A stretch of 49,078 nt of DNA, taken from positions 1-49,078 of IMG/VR virus record IMGVR_UViG_3300033569_000026; one strand, given 5' to 3'. Source of the DNA: a virus (taxonomy: Duplodnaviria; Caudoviricetes). Made by a program: the position numbers and the translations under genes. Below the pieces are notes generated by a model that did not search any database, was not told the origin of the DNA, and saw only the letters and a program-made list of their open reading frames with translations. Of the stretch, positions 1-9,517 are shown one piece after another; within the stretch, counting starts at the first letter, position 1, and each line of letters begins with the position of its first letter.

Positions 1-127
1 GGCGGTGCGGTTCCCTCGATGCCGTCGTTCAATCCAACAGGCTACGCGCAGCAGATGGCGATGAATCAGCCGGGCGGCGCCCAGTACAGCCAGCTTCCCT
101 CGCAGGGGCAGCCACAGTATCCGGGGC
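1..127. repeat. 127-nt terminal overlap (identical to 48952-49078); circular assembly overlap
   Basis: Exact identity of the first and last 127 nt; lies mid-gene and in frame; 127 is a common assembler k-mer. Confidence 0.93.
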
Positions 128-156
128 CGTTCTCGCCCTTCTTCTTCAATTTCTAA

Positions 157-2235
157 ATGCCAGGCATCGACGAAACACTACAGCCGCCGCCGGGGACAAC
201 GCTCTCGTTCGATGAGGACCCGCCCGCGCCGAGTCCTGTCCTTCCCCCAATCCTTAGCACCCCAGGTGAGCATCCTGCGGCCAACATTCCTTTTCCCGGA
301 GAGCAACAGACTCCTCCGGCGGTGCAGCCCGGACAAGCGGTCAAGCAGAGCACTTCCGCCAACGGGTCGTATCGCGGTGTTACTCAGCAGGGACTGGCGG
401 TCACGTCTTCTCTTAATAAGAAGGCGGATCAGGCAGCCCTCTCCGACGTTGCGCAGTTCGCACCGCAGTTCGCACAAGAGAGAGCTGACTACGAGCGCGT
501 TGCACAAGAGAGACGCCAGGCCAATCAATTAGAGCTCGAAGCGCAGAGGCGACACGCAGCCGAAGAGCAGAAGCTCTGGGAGGTACAGCGTGGCTTCATC
601 ACTGAGCAGCACGAGCTTGAAAAGCAAGCTTACGCGCAATCGCAGGTGGTCAAGCAGCAGTACCTTGCGAACTACGAGCACGACCTCATGTCCGCGCGAA
701 TGCTCGCGATGCAAACAGGCGACCCGTACGAGCGTATGTCGGCAGGGCAAGCGGTCGGTCTTATCGCTGCTCACGCGGTGCAGGGCTTCCTGAAGGTCGG
801 TGGTCATAACATCGATGTTGCTGAGCAGACAAATCGTTGGGTCAACCGCGAGATTGCGAAGCATCAGCAGCTCGTGCAGGACACGCAGCAGGCGGCGCAG
901 GGGCAGTTTCACCTGTACCAGCTCGCTCGTCAGAACGCGATGGACGACTACGAAGCCCGCGAGCGCTATCGCGGAATGGTGATGGAGGGGCTTAAGGCGC
1001 AGGTCGGCGCGGAAGCAGCTCGATTCGGGTCACAGATGGCAACTGCAACCGCAGCGCAGAAGGCCGCCGAGATCGATGCGCAGCTCGTAACACTCAAGGC
1101 GAATCTCGGTGAGCGTCAACGTGGTCTCTATTTCGAGGCCCAGAAGATGCGCATCAACCAGGCCGCTGAACAGGCTCGCAACTCGGTGGCGATGTACTCC
1201 GCTCGTACTGGTCGGCTGGAAGAGGAGCGACTTGCAGCGAAACAGAAGGCTGAGCTGGAGAAGACGGAGAAGGGCGAAGAGCTGTTCCCCGTATACGATC
1301 CGTTTGAACCGATCGGCGCAACTACACAACCGAAGTGGGGAATCAGCAAAGACGACAAAGACGCGATGCACAAGTTCCGCGAGAAGGAGACCGCTACACG
1401 CGCTGTTGCAGCTCAGCTCGACAAACTCGAAGCGGCTCGCGCCCGTGCGTACAAAGCGATTGGCGGCGCTCCGATGAGCAGCTTTGTGGCTGACCGAATG
1501 GGTAAAGGCGCAGACGAAATGCGCGAGTACAAACGAGAACACGCCGCCACCGTGATGACCATCCGCAAGGCGAACACGGGCGCTGCGTTTACCAAAGAGG
1601 AGACCGCCGAATACCTGCGGATGCTGCCAGGAGAGACCTTCTGGGAGGCTGGAGACAACGTCACCGCTGTTCCTCAGCTTCGCGACAAAATTCGCACGGA
1701 CTTCCAGGCGGCGGCGGATACGTACTCTACGAAGGGTAAAGGCAACGTCGCTGGTCCAACACGCGCCGCCGAGTACAGCGCGATGATGAGCGAGAACAAC
1801 CCCTCGCAGTCGTACGCGGACAAGTACGTGGAGAGCACCGATAAGCTTGAAAAGGAGAAGCCGCAGGAGGCGACTCGCGTATTCAAGGAGCTGATGGGTC
1901 CCGGCGACTGGTCGAAGGGAACGCAGCCCGCGAAGATGACGGTGGTTGAAGACCTCGCGAAGATCTACCTCAGCCCGGCACAAGCTCGACGCGAGCACGG
2001 TGACGCACTTCCCGCGAATGATGACCTCGTTCGTGCGCAGGCGCGTGAGGCATTGCAGCGGATTGCTGCTGACCCCGATCAGAAGGACGTTTATCTCGCC
2101 GGTTACGCCCAGATTGTTCTCGACAAAGCCAACGAAGACCCGGCAACCCTCGCGGGTTTGCTTGGAATGCGGCAGGTGAGTGTTGAAGAGAGCAGCTGGT
2201 CAATGTCCGGTGCTCCGGTGAATAGTGGGCAGTAA
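157..2235 (+). CDS. Putative internal virion/ejection protein (coiled-coil, 692 aa)
   Basis: Long Ala/Gln/Glu-rich helical ORF after the tail genes; podovirus synteny. Confidence 0.6.
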   Translation: MPGIDETLQPPPGTTLSFDEDPPAPSPVLPPILSTPGEHPAANIPFPGEQQTPPAVQPGQAVKQSTSANGSYRGVTQQGLAVTSSLNKKADQAALSDVAQFAPQFAQERADYERVAQERRQANQLELEAQRRHAAEEQKLWEVQRGFITEQHELEKQAYAQSQVVKQQYLANYEHDLMSARMLAMQTGDPYERMSAGQAVGLIAAHAVQGFLKVGGHNIDVAEQTNRWVNREIAKHQQLVQDTQQAAQGQFHLYQLARQNAMDDYEARERYRGMVMEGLKAQVGAEAARFGSQMATATAAQKAAEIDAQLVTLKANLGERQRGLYFEAQKMRINQAAEQARNSVAMYSARTGRLEEERLAAKQKAELEKTEKGEELFPVYDPFEPIGATTQPKWGISKDDKDAMHKFREKETATRAVAAQLDKLEAARARAYKAIGGAPMSSFVADRMGKGADEMREYKREHAATVMTIRKANTGAAFTKEETAEYLRMLPGETFWEAGDNVTAVPQLRDKIRTDFQAAADTYSTKGKGNVAGPTRAAEYSAMMSENNPSQSYADKYVESTDKLEKEKPQEATRVFKELMGPGDWSKGTQPAKMTVVEDLAKIYLSPAQARREHGDALPANDDLVRAQAREALQRIAADPDQKDVYLAGYAQIVLDKANEDPATLAGLLGMRQVSVEESSWSMSGAPVNSGQ

Positions 2236-4588
2236 AATCAATGTGGTCCTTCCAAACGGAAAGACCGTAGCGGTTGACGAAGAGACCTACAACAAGCTGC
2301 AAGGCAGCAAGCTCGTTACTCGCCAGTCAGTTGAAGCTGAAGGCGCGGCGCGAGAGCAGCGCGAACATGATGAGAAGTACAGCGGCGCTGGTGCAACGCT
2401 CAAAGCGGCGGCTCTTGGTGCGGCCGATACGCTTACGTTTGGAGCTGCAACGACTGCGGCGGGCGTCGTCGGTGGCGAAGACTTCAAGAACGACCTCATC
2501 AATTCAGCGAAGGCCCATCCTGTTGCGCACATGGCGGGCGCGGTTGGTGCCTCACTGCTTCCTGTTGGCGCTGGTGGTATCGCTCGAAACGCCAGCAAAG
2601 CTCTGGGTGGAGGCGTAGCTGGTCGTGCTGTTGAAGGCGCGATTATGGGCGGCGTCGGCGAGATTGCCACGACGAACGTTACTGGTGACCCGGTAACGAT
2701 CGAAGGCATGGCGCTGAGCATGGGTGTTGGTGGTGTGCTCAATGTCGGGTTCGGTGCTGCGGCCGATAAAGTCTCCTCGTGGGGCAAGAAGGCGGCGAGC
2801 TACGCGGACGAAGGTAAGACCATCAAGGCCGATGTCGATACCGTGAAAGAAGCACGTGAGCTGTTCGCCAAACCGATGGACTCGTGGGACGGGTTCATGG
2901 AGTCCACGAAGGCGGCGGCGAAGGACGCGGACGCTGCTTACAAGCTGGCTGAGAAAGCCACGAAGCAGTACACCAACTTTGCGAAGGGGAAGCCGCTCCG
3001 CACGGAGATCAACAAGACCGAGGCAGCGATTAACCGCGTCTCGAAGTATTGGAGTGACCCCGAGGTCCCTGCCGCAGTCGGCTCGAAGGCGAAGCAACCG
3101 ATTAGCGACGAGATGAAAGCGAAGCTAAAGGACTGGCGTGACCGTCTCCGTAAGGTTGACCAGCTCCGCTCCGGCGGCTTCGATGTGGACGCGACACAGA
3201 AGGCGGGGCGTTGGGTGAAGAACGCCGACATTCAACCTGATCATATGAAGGCGCTCGAAGAGCTGCGCGCCCTCCGTGAAGAGTTGAAGGGCTTTCCCGC
3301 TGCGACTCGCAAGTCGGACTGGGCGGACCTCCCTCCCCCGCCGCCAACGGATGTTGTTCCTCCTGAGTCGATTCGTGTTCCCAAATCGTTGCGCGAGATG
3401 GCCGACATGACCGAGGGCTCAATCGCAAAGCTCAACAACCTCATGCAGAAAGACCCTCGGGTCGCTGGTGAGTTTGCAAAGCTGGCGAAGGAGCTGGACG
3501 TGGATCCTTCGATGGGAATCGCTGGTATTCACGCGAAGCTCGGAAAGTACATGAGTGCCGGGAAGAGGCTCGAAGCCCTCGCTGCAAAGGAAGCGGCGGA
3601 CGATGGCGGCGACGGAATGCTCTCGCTACTGAAGCGCGGTGCAAACAAGTTCGTTCGTTACGGTACCGCTCGATGGGCGGACGCAGCGCTCGGCGGCAAA
3701 TGGATGGGCGCACTCGGGCGCGTAGCTGCCGGCGAAGGAGTTGGCCTCGCGATGAACGCCACGGAAGATCTCATCAGCGGCTCGATGATGCAGTCGCGGC
3801 TTGGGCTGAAGAACACGATCGCGGGGCTCATCGGTAAGGCCGCTGGTCCCACGGCTGGTGGGCTGAAGAAGCTCGGACCGATTACCGCGTACCTCCAGGC
3901 CGATCTGCTGACCGGCGAGAAGGACAAGGACGCGGACCCGGAGGACTTCACGGCGGCGGCGGTCAAACGAATTGGGAACACGTTCTCGGTTGGTGCGACG
4001 GCGAACGACGCGGCGTTTCTCTCGGTGCAGTCACTGATGGGTCACGCAAGCGATGCAGCGGCGAAGCTGGCGAACAAGGTCACGGGCGACATCGGTTATC
4101 TGATGCAGGTTGCGCCGAAGGATCCGGGTATCGCAACGCACCTACTCTCTTCTGATTGGAAGCCGTCCCCCGAGGAGGCGTACACGTTCGCTTATCAGAT
4201 TGAGGCGGTCATGAACCCGCTCAAGGCTATCGAACGAACCATCGCTGGTGATGGACACCCGGCGGCAGTCGAAGCGCTCTGGGTTCGCTGGCCCGCTCTG
4301 ATGAAGACAGCGGCGGAAGAGATGGCGTTCGCGCTGCACGATATGACGGACGTGAGCTACGAGAAGGCGAGTCACCTCTCGACGCTGTTCCGTACTCCAA
4401 TCACCGGCCTTAGCGATCCAATGATTTCGTTGGAGCTTCAAGGTCTATACCTCCCCCGCTCCGAAGCGGAACCACAGAACGCAGCCGAGTCGTGGCAGCG
4501 TCAAGGCTCGGGCCGTCCAGTTGGGCGCCCTGCCGCAGTTCAAAGCAGCGTCGCCGGCAGCTCCGTCTCCGGCCTGCTCTCTCAGTAA
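2225..4588 (+). CDS. Putative internal virion/ejection protein (787 aa)
   Basis: Gly/Ala-rich hydrophobic helices (GAADTLTFG, AGAVGASLLPVG); position in operon. Confidence 0.6.
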   Translation: MGSKINVVLPNGKTVAVDEETYNKLQGSKLVTRQSVEAEGAAREQREHDEKYSGAGATLKAAALGAADTLTFGAATTAAGVVGGEDFKNDLINSAKAHPVAHMAGAVGASLLPVGAGGIARNASKALGGGVAGRAVEGAIMGGVGEIATTNVTGDPVTIEGMALSMGVGGVLNVGFGAAADKVSSWGKKAASYADEGKTIKADVDTVKEARELFAKPMDSWDGFMESTKAAAKDADAAYKLAEKATKQYTNFAKGKPLRTEINKTEAAINRVSKYWSDPEVPAAVGSKAKQPISDEMKAKLKDWRDRLRKVDQLRSGGFDVDATQKAGRWVKNADIQPDHMKALEELRALREELKGFPAATRKSDWADLPPPPPTDVVPPESIRVPKSLREMADMTEGSIAKLNNLMQKDPRVAGEFAKLAKELDVDPSMGIAGIHAKLGKYMSAGKRLEALAAKEAADDGGDGMLSLLKRGANKFVRYGTARWADAALGGKWMGALGRVAAGEGVGLAMNATEDLISGSMMQSRLGLKNTIAGLIGKAAGPTAGGLKKLGPITAYLQADLLTGEKDKDADPEDFTAAAVKRIGNTFSVGATANDAAFLSVQSLMGHASDAAAKLANKVTGDIGYLMQVAPKDPGIATHLLSSDWKPSPEEAYTFAYQIEAVMNPLKAIERTIAGDGHPAAVEALWVRWPALMKTAAEEMAFALHDMTDVSYEKASHLSTLFRTPITGLSDPMISLELQGLYLPRSEAEPQNAAESWQRQGSGRPVGRPAAVQSSVAGSSVSGLLSQ

Positions 4589-4595
4589 GGATTGA

Positions 4596-5387
4596 ATGGC
4601 AATTGGTACTGTAATTTCTAACGGCACGAAGCGTTCTATTCGTCTCCTCGAAGACCAGACCACCGCAAAGGCCGCTCCGTCGGACTCCGAAGATGGTGTT
4701 CCCTGCTACGTGACTCGCGCCGACATGGCGAAGGGCGAAGAGGCTGAAAAGGGCGTGTGCTTTCTCGGACGTGACGCCGGGCAGAGCACGCTTATGATCA
4801 AAGGCCGCGTGTCGGTTCGCGCATCGCTGGACCTCGACGGCGTTACGGTGAACCTCGACACAATTATCGAGACGCTTGCCCCCAACGATGACAGCGTCAC
4901 AATCACTACGGTTCACAGCGCGGGTGCTCCGAACGCCGGTTCGCTGACTCGCGTCGGCAATGCCTTCACGTTCACGTACAAAGGCGGCACCACGACGGTT
5001 GCCAACTTCGAGGCGGCGGTCGCGGCGCTCACGGGTGACGACCAGCTGATTGGCGTCAAGACCGCTGGCACGGGCGGCAACATCCTGGCGGACACGGACG
5101 ATGAGGTTGTGGACGAGCCGATCGAGACGTTCGCAGCGGTCACTATTGTCGCTACCGCTACGCTCTGGGGTTATCTCGCTGAGGCTGACGCCTGGTTTGA
5201 GATTCCGGTAAACGGCGGCACGGTGGGAACGCCGGTCGCTCTCGCTGAGACGAGCACCGACCAAATCAATTTCCAACAGCGCTTCGAGAACCTCGGGCAC
5301 TACGACCGGATCGATATCGAGCTGGCGTCGCCTGCTGCGGGGTCCTCGTTCGACGCCTGGATCGTGTCGGGACGGTACGGCGAGTAA
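4596..5387 (+). CDS. Putative virion structural protein (beta-rich, acidic)
   Basis: 263-aa ORF, Thr/Gly/Asp-rich, at end of structural operon. Confidence 0.45.
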   Translation: MAIGTVISNGTKRSIRLLEDQTTAKAAPSDSEDGVPCYVTRADMAKGEEAEKGVCFLGRDAGQSTLMIKGRVSVRASLDLDGVTVNLDTIIETLAPNDDSVTITTVHSAGAPNAGSLTRVGNAFTFTYKGGTTTVANFEAAVAALTGDDQLIGVKTAGTGGNILADTDDEVVDEPIETFAAVTIVATATLWGYLAEADAWFEIPVNGGTVGTPVALAETSTDQINFQQRFENLGHYDRIDIELASPAAGSSFDAWIVSGRYGE

Positions 5388-5566
5388 TGGACTACGCATC
5401 AATCTTCACAATCGTCGCGGACCTCGGGCTCGGTGCCTCCGCGTTGTGGCTCGCTAGTCGCCTGACGTTCACCGTCCGCAGTCAGGGCCAGGAAATCGTT
5501 AGCATCCGTAGTAAGCAGTCGGAACACGAAAACCGCATTGGGGTGCTAGAGCAGAAAGCAGCTTAA
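5387..5566 (+). CDS. Small membrane protein, putative holin/antiholin (59 aa)
   Basis: MDYASIFTIVADLGLGASALWLASRL...; one TM segment plus coiled tail; TAATG coupling on both sides; not in ORF track. Confidence 0.55.
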   Translation: MDYASIFTIVADLGLGASALWLASRLTFTVRSQGQEIVSIRSKQSEHENRIGVLEQKAA

Positions 5567-5844
5567 TGATTGGCTGGCTGAAATCTGTACTATCTTTCTG
5601 CTGGTCAGTTGTGTTACAATGGATCAAGGGGAGTGGGTCTGATGACTCAACCCTGAGATTGCGCGACGCGGAGATCGCTAGTCAGCGAGAACGCATCGCC
5701 GCCCTTGAGGCTGCCCTCGCCACCGAGCGAGCTGAGCGCCTGCGAGTGTTGGATGAGAAGGCTGCTAGTGTTCGGGATGCTGCTGGCGCAGCTGAGTTGC
5801 TCCGAAGCGTTACGGGAGCCCGACCCGCCGACCCCGCCAAGTAA
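5566..5844 (+). CDS. Putative inner-membrane spanin (Rz-like)
   Basis: N-terminal hydrophobic segment followed by coiled coil; overlapped by a lipoprotein gene. Confidence 0.6.
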   Translation: MIGWLKSVLSFCWSVVLQWIKGSGSDDSTLRLRDAEIASQRERIAALEAALATERAERLRVLDEKAASVRDAAGAAELLRSVTGARPADPAK

Positions 5845-6019
5845 TTGTGCCGTCCTTCGATTGACGGACCCGCCGCCGCTCCATGTGGAGCCGTGCAACG
5901 AGACGATGGATTGCCTCCCTTGGTTTGAGGCCCGCGATCTCGCTCTGTGGATTGCTCGCGTGAAGGAAACGAAGCGCGACCTAGAAGGCTGCACGACGCT
6001 GCGGCTGGTTGACCTTTGA
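5753..6019 (+). CDS. Putative outer-membrane spanin lipoprotein (Rz1-like)
   Basis: MRRLLVFGMLLAQLS-C lipoprotein signal, Pro-rich, overlaps the Rz-like gene out of frame. Confidence 0.65.
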   Translation: MRRLLVFGMLLAQLSCSEALREPDPPTPPSNCAVLRLTDPPPLHVEPCNETMDCLPWFEARDLALWIARVKETKRDLEGCTTLRLVDL

Positions 6020-6648
6020 AAACTGCATTTCTGTTTGCTCTCACTCTCGCTGCTTGCCAGGTTCCCGCCCCCAGTTATGTGAAGCCCGCCGATGCGGCTG
6101 ACGGCACGTTCAAAGTGGAGATTCTCCATAACGGTGAATCGCTCGGGACCGGAACCGCATGGGTGTACGACCGGAACGATTCGCGCTCGCTGCTCGTTAC
6201 CGCCGGCCACGTCTGCGCTGGTGATGCGTACAAACTCATCGACGCGAACGGGGCTGAGATTCCCGCCGTGGAAGTGAAGCGGAGTGGTGATTACGATTTG
6301 TGTCTGCTCGCGACGGACTCTCCGGTTGGGGTTGCGCTTCCCATTGCACCCCGAGATGTAGAACTTTACGAGAGGGTTCAGTATGTCGGGGCTCCCCTCG
6401 GCGTCTACGGGTGTAGCGATCAGTACAGCGGCGAGAAGTGCGGCTATCGGCCCTACTACTCTGGCGTGTACGCGGGCGGCGACCTGATTACTGCTCCAGG
6501 TTACGGCGGCAGCTCGGGCAGCGCGGTTTTCACGCACGAGGGTGTCATTGGCGTTCTCGTCGCTGGTTACCGGCAGTTCCCGCACCTGGTGTTCATCGAG
6601 TCGCGGGCTCACCTGCTCGAATTCCTGGCGGGTCAAACGGCCAAATGA
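6016..6648 (+). CDS. Lipoprotein trypsin-like serine protease
   Basis: Lipobox LAA-C; catalytic motifs TAGH, DYDL, GGSSGSAV. Confidence 0.85.
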   Translation: MKTAFLFALTLAACQVPAPSYVKPADAADGTFKVEILHNGESLGTGTAWVYDRNDSRSLLVTAGHVCAGDAYKLIDANGAEIPAVEVKRSGDYDLCLLATDSPVGVALPIAPRDVELYERVQYVGAPLGVYGCSDQYSGEKCGYRPYYSGVYAGGDLITAPGYGGSSGSAVFTHEGVIGVLVAGYRQFPHLVFIESRAHLLEFLAGQTAK

Positions 6649-7232
6649 ATGTAATGGCGGTCCGCTTCGGCCAGCTCTACAAGGGCACCGACGCAGAGCG
6701 CTCACTCGAAGACGCTATCGGAGCGCTGGGCGTTCCGTATCGTTTCCAGTTCCCCGGATACCTCTACGGCGTCCGGTTCTTCCCCGACTTCCTGTTGCCG
6801 ACGCTGAGGCTGGTCATCGAAGTAGACGATGACTCGCATCGCAGGCCGGAGAAGATCGAGGCGGACTTGGAACGGACCTCCATCCTCGAAAGAGAGTGGG
6901 GTGTTCGTGTTGTGCGCTGTACAAACGACGAAGCCCGGAGCGATCCGCATGGGACCGTCCGGGCGCTTCTTAGTTCAGTTGGTCTTTGGCCAATTCCCAC
7001 CCGTCTTCCAACCGTCGCAGCCTCTCTTCCTCAGCGGAAGAAAGCTCCGGCGAAGGCGAAGCGCGAGATGGTGAGTGCTGCTCGTAAAACGCAGCGAGAA
7101 TCGTCTCGGCGCCGACCACCCGAGGATCGCGAACAGCGTCCCCGTCGGCCGCGTCCTCCAGCAAGGGCGCCTCGTCCAGCTCTCGATAAGCGTCCAGCAC
7201 AAGCTGCAACGCTCCAGCTAACTCAAGACTAG
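6645..7232 (+). CDS. DUF559/Vsr-like endonuclease with basic tail
   Basis: TDAE..L, FQFP, FFPDF, LVIEVDDDSH, DLERT..L, GVRVVR.TN pattern; ATGA overlap with protease stop. Confidence 0.8.
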   Translation: MNVMAVRFGQLYKGTDAERSLEDAIGALGVPYRFQFPGYLYGVRFFPDFLLPTLRLVIEVDDDSHRRPEKIEADLERTSILEREWGVRVVRCTNDEARSDPHGTVRALLSSVGLWPIPTRLPTVAASLPQRKKAPAKAKREMVSAARKTQRESSRRRPPEDREQRPRRPRPPARAPRPALDKRPAQAATLQLTQD

Positions 7233-7262
7233 TTACTTTCATCAACCTCCAACAAAGGACAA

Positions 7263-7421
7263 ATGGACACCACACTACTGATTGGTATTGGCATCGGACT
7301 CCTCGCCGGCATCGTCGCCGGCCTCAAGGTCATCGCACCGCTCACGAAGAACACGGTGGACGACAAGGCACTGGCTATCGCCGAGAAGGTGAAGCAGCTC
7401 GCCGACTCGCTGAAGAAGTAG
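7263..7421 (+). CDS. Small holin-like membrane protein (52 aa)
   Basis: AAGGA RBS; MDTTLLIGIGIGLLAGIVAGLKVIAPLTKNTVDDKA; one TM plus T-x-N-x-x-DD motif; not in ORF track. Confidence 0.55.
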   Translation: MDTTLLIGIGIGLLAGIVAGLKVIAPLTKNTVDDKALAIAEKVKQLADSLKK

Positions 7422-7462
7422 TATCGAAATCCCGATAGAGATATCGGAATATCGATAAAACG

Positions 7463-7506
7463 AAGCCCGGGACGCCATGGCATTGCGCCGTGGTATCCCG
7501 GGTTTT
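7463..7506. terminator. Bidirectional terminator at convergence of the two arms
   Basis: AAGCCCGGGAcGCCATGGC-attgc-GCCGTGGTaTCCCGGGTTTT hairpin flanked by A and T runs. Confidence 0.75.
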
Positions 7507-7507
7507 C

Positions 7508-8125
7508 TTATGTCCACAGATCGGCGATTGATTGCAGCTTCAGGGTTGTGATGCTGCGGATGTTGCGTGCCCAGTGGATGATGGCGCTCGCAAAGTTGTT
7601 GGTGCTGGCTTTGATTCTCGGCGGCGGGACGTGTTGTAGCCGCTTACGAGGCAGCCATAAATTCAGCCGTCGCTGATAACCATTCCCAGTGTCGTTGTTC
7701 ACCAGCTGCGCCCACCACTTCGTAGTCGGGTCCAGCTTCACAAGGAAGATTGCTTCCTTCAGTCGGCCAGATCGCCATTCCTCATTAGCCTTTTCGCACC
7801 AAGGAAGCATGTCACTGTACGGACCGTTGAGGAAGATGGAGCCGTTCCAAGGAATAGAGAGACCATCACCCTGCTCAAACCGGCGAATGTCATTTCGCCC
7901 TTTGAAGTAGCTCTGGTCATCAACCGAGGGAGAATGGGTCCAAACGATTTGACGCTTCGCTTTGACCTTTGAGCGAATGTTCGTCGCCGGGTCCAGGTCC
8001 ACCTCGGGCAACAACTCCGCTACGTCCGCCGGAGTACACCAACTATCGCGTAGCTTCTTCGCTTCGGGACAATCACTGATGTGGTACTCGCCGGCCCGCC
8101 AATTCGTTTGGCAGGGGCAAATCAC
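7508..8125 (-). CDS. Phage DNA N6-adenine methyltransferase (phage Dam family)
   Basis: DSWCTP, DLDPA, DGL..PW.GSIFLNGPYS, W..KA, T.WW motifs; NGPY in place of NPPY. Confidence 0.8.
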   Translation of the reverse strand: MICPCQTNWRAGEYHISDCPEAKKLRDSWCTPADVAELLPEVDLDPATNIRSKVKAKRQIVWTHSPSVDDQSYFKGRNDIRRFEQGDGLSIPWNGSIFLNGPYSDMLPWCEKANEEWRSGRLKEAIFLVKLDPTTKWWAQLVNNDTGNGYQRRLNLWLPRKRLQHVPPPRIKASTNNFASAIIHWARNIRSITTLKLQSIADLWT

Positions 8126-8262
8126 CAGACCACCTCGATCCAGTCACTCTCGACGTGATACTTATCCCGCTGGCTATACGGGTAGACGTAGAGGCAGCGC
8201 CCGGTGTGGACCTTGATGAAGTAGAAGCTGCCCAGCGCTCGACAGAAGTAATCGAGCGTCAA
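8122..8262 (-). CDS. Hypothetical protein (46 aa)
   Basis: TTG-started ORF overlapping neighbours by 4 nt at both ends. Confidence 0.4.
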   Translation of the reverse strand: MTLDYFCRALGSFYFIKVHTGRCLYVYPYSQRDKYHVESDWIEVVW

Positions 8263-8849
8263 GCGTAGAACATCGGCCGAACAACCTCACACGCTTTGCT
8301 CCAAGCGTATCCGACGCTAATTGCGGCGCGTCGAAGAGAATCGTGACGAGGCGAACAGTCGATGACGAGCATCGGGTTCACCTTCTTTTTGTTGGTAGCG
8401 GGATCAATCATCGTCGGGTCAGTCCAGCTCGGACGCAGAACCATCCCGATGTGGTCCTTCGTCAGTAGCCAATCGCCCGGAGCCGGCTGCTCGTCCTCAC
8501 GAAGCGTACGACAGAACCTCTGGGCGCCGTGTGCGTCAGCAAGGAGCGAGCCGCAGTGGAGCCAATCGCCAGCAGTGCCGACGTATCCCGGTTGCTTCCG
8601 GTCGATGCCTGACGCCCAGAGCACGAAGCCAATGCAGTCAGCAGTAGGAGCCTGACCGCCGAAGGAGTAGCTAGCGCAATGCGGTGCTTCGGGATCAAAC
8701 CCTCCATTGAATCCACCTTCGAGCCGGTAACCGATCGGCATCGGCTGGCCCTTCGGAGCCTTCACCAGCGCAATCATTTGGGAGAGAGCACGCTGAACCG
8801 CTTGGCCCGGCGTCATCTTCAGGATCTTGCCGCGCTTCTTAGCGGCCAT
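8259..8849 (-). CDS. NlpC/P60-CHAP-like cysteine peptidase, probable endolysin
   Basis: DCIGFVLWA (catalytic Cys), PAPGD, DHIGMV (catalytic His), VIDCS. Confidence 0.7.
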   Translation of the reverse strand: MAAKKRGKILKMTPGQAVQRALSQMIALVKAPKGQPMPIGYRLEGGFNGGFDPEAPHCASYSFGGQAPTADCIGFVLWASGIDRKQPGYVGTAGDWLHCGSLLADAHGAQRFCRTLREDEQPAPGDWLLTKDHIGMVLRPSWTDPTMIDPATNKKKVNPMLVIDCSPRHDSLRRAAISVGYAWSKACEVVRPMFYA

Positions 8850-8933
8850 TGAGTCCCTTCGGATACGTCAAGGTTGCGACCGCACCAAAGAGCACCCCTA
8901 AACCGAAGCAGCACAAGCCGTACGCAACGATCA

Positions 8934-9116
8934 TCAGTATTGCCTCTGCGCGTTGAGCGCCTCAACCAGCGCCTCAAGTACGCACTTCACTCCGTCTGTT
9001 TGGATCTTCGGCAGCGCTTCCGGTGCGACGTAACCGAGGTCCGTCTCTTTCTTCCGCAGCTTCTTGCAGGCATAGAGCACGTTCGCGCGCTCCAGAATCT
9101 TCTTCGCGTCTAGCAT
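8934..9116 (-). CDS. Hypothetical protein
   Basis: ORF in operon with RBS. Confidence 0.5.
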   Translation of the reverse strand: MLDAKKILERANVLYACKKLRKKETDLGYVAPEALPKIQTDGVKCVLEALVEALNAQRQY

Positions 9117-9517
9117 CCAATCTCCTTGGGCTCGATGCAGCTCTTCAGATTGAGCGGTCGGCGCCAGAATTCGTCTCGTTGGAACAGCAGCAGCTCGATG
9201 TCCTCATCCAGCAACAACCGTTGTGGTAGCTGCGAGAGCAGACCGACGTAAGCGGGCACCGGCATACGGACCGCGTTATCCGCGAATCGTTGGCGATGCT
9301 GCTCGTACGTCTTCAACTCAGCGTCAATCAGCTGGAGCCCGAGCTTTTTCTGTTGGTCCTTCGAGCAGACAGCGAGGCACTTGTCGCCCTTCGCGTTCTC
9401 GCCCATCATCACGTCCCACTCCTTCGGGATAAGGAACGCAACGACTGGCTTCTCAGTGGTAAACGGCGAGGGCAGCACCTCAAACCATTGCCGATTCTTC
9501 GGTGGTACTACTCTCAT
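9110..9517 (-). CDS. Hypothetical protein
   Basis: ATGA-coupled to the polA C-fragment. Confidence 0.6.
   Translation of the reverse strand: MRVVPPKNRQWFEVLPSPFTTEKPVVAFLIPKEWDVMMGENAKGDKCLAVCSKDQQKKLGLQLIDAELKTYEQHRQRFADNAVRMPVPAYVGLLSQLPQRLLLDEDIELLLFQRDEFWRRPLNLKSCIEPKEIGC

Noticed and set aside
1030-6705. Long antisense ORFs (1030-1998, 4410-5402, 5647-6705; likewise 38533-39420 and 45969-46997)
   Set aside because: Shadow frames of GC-rich real genes with no motifs or RBS
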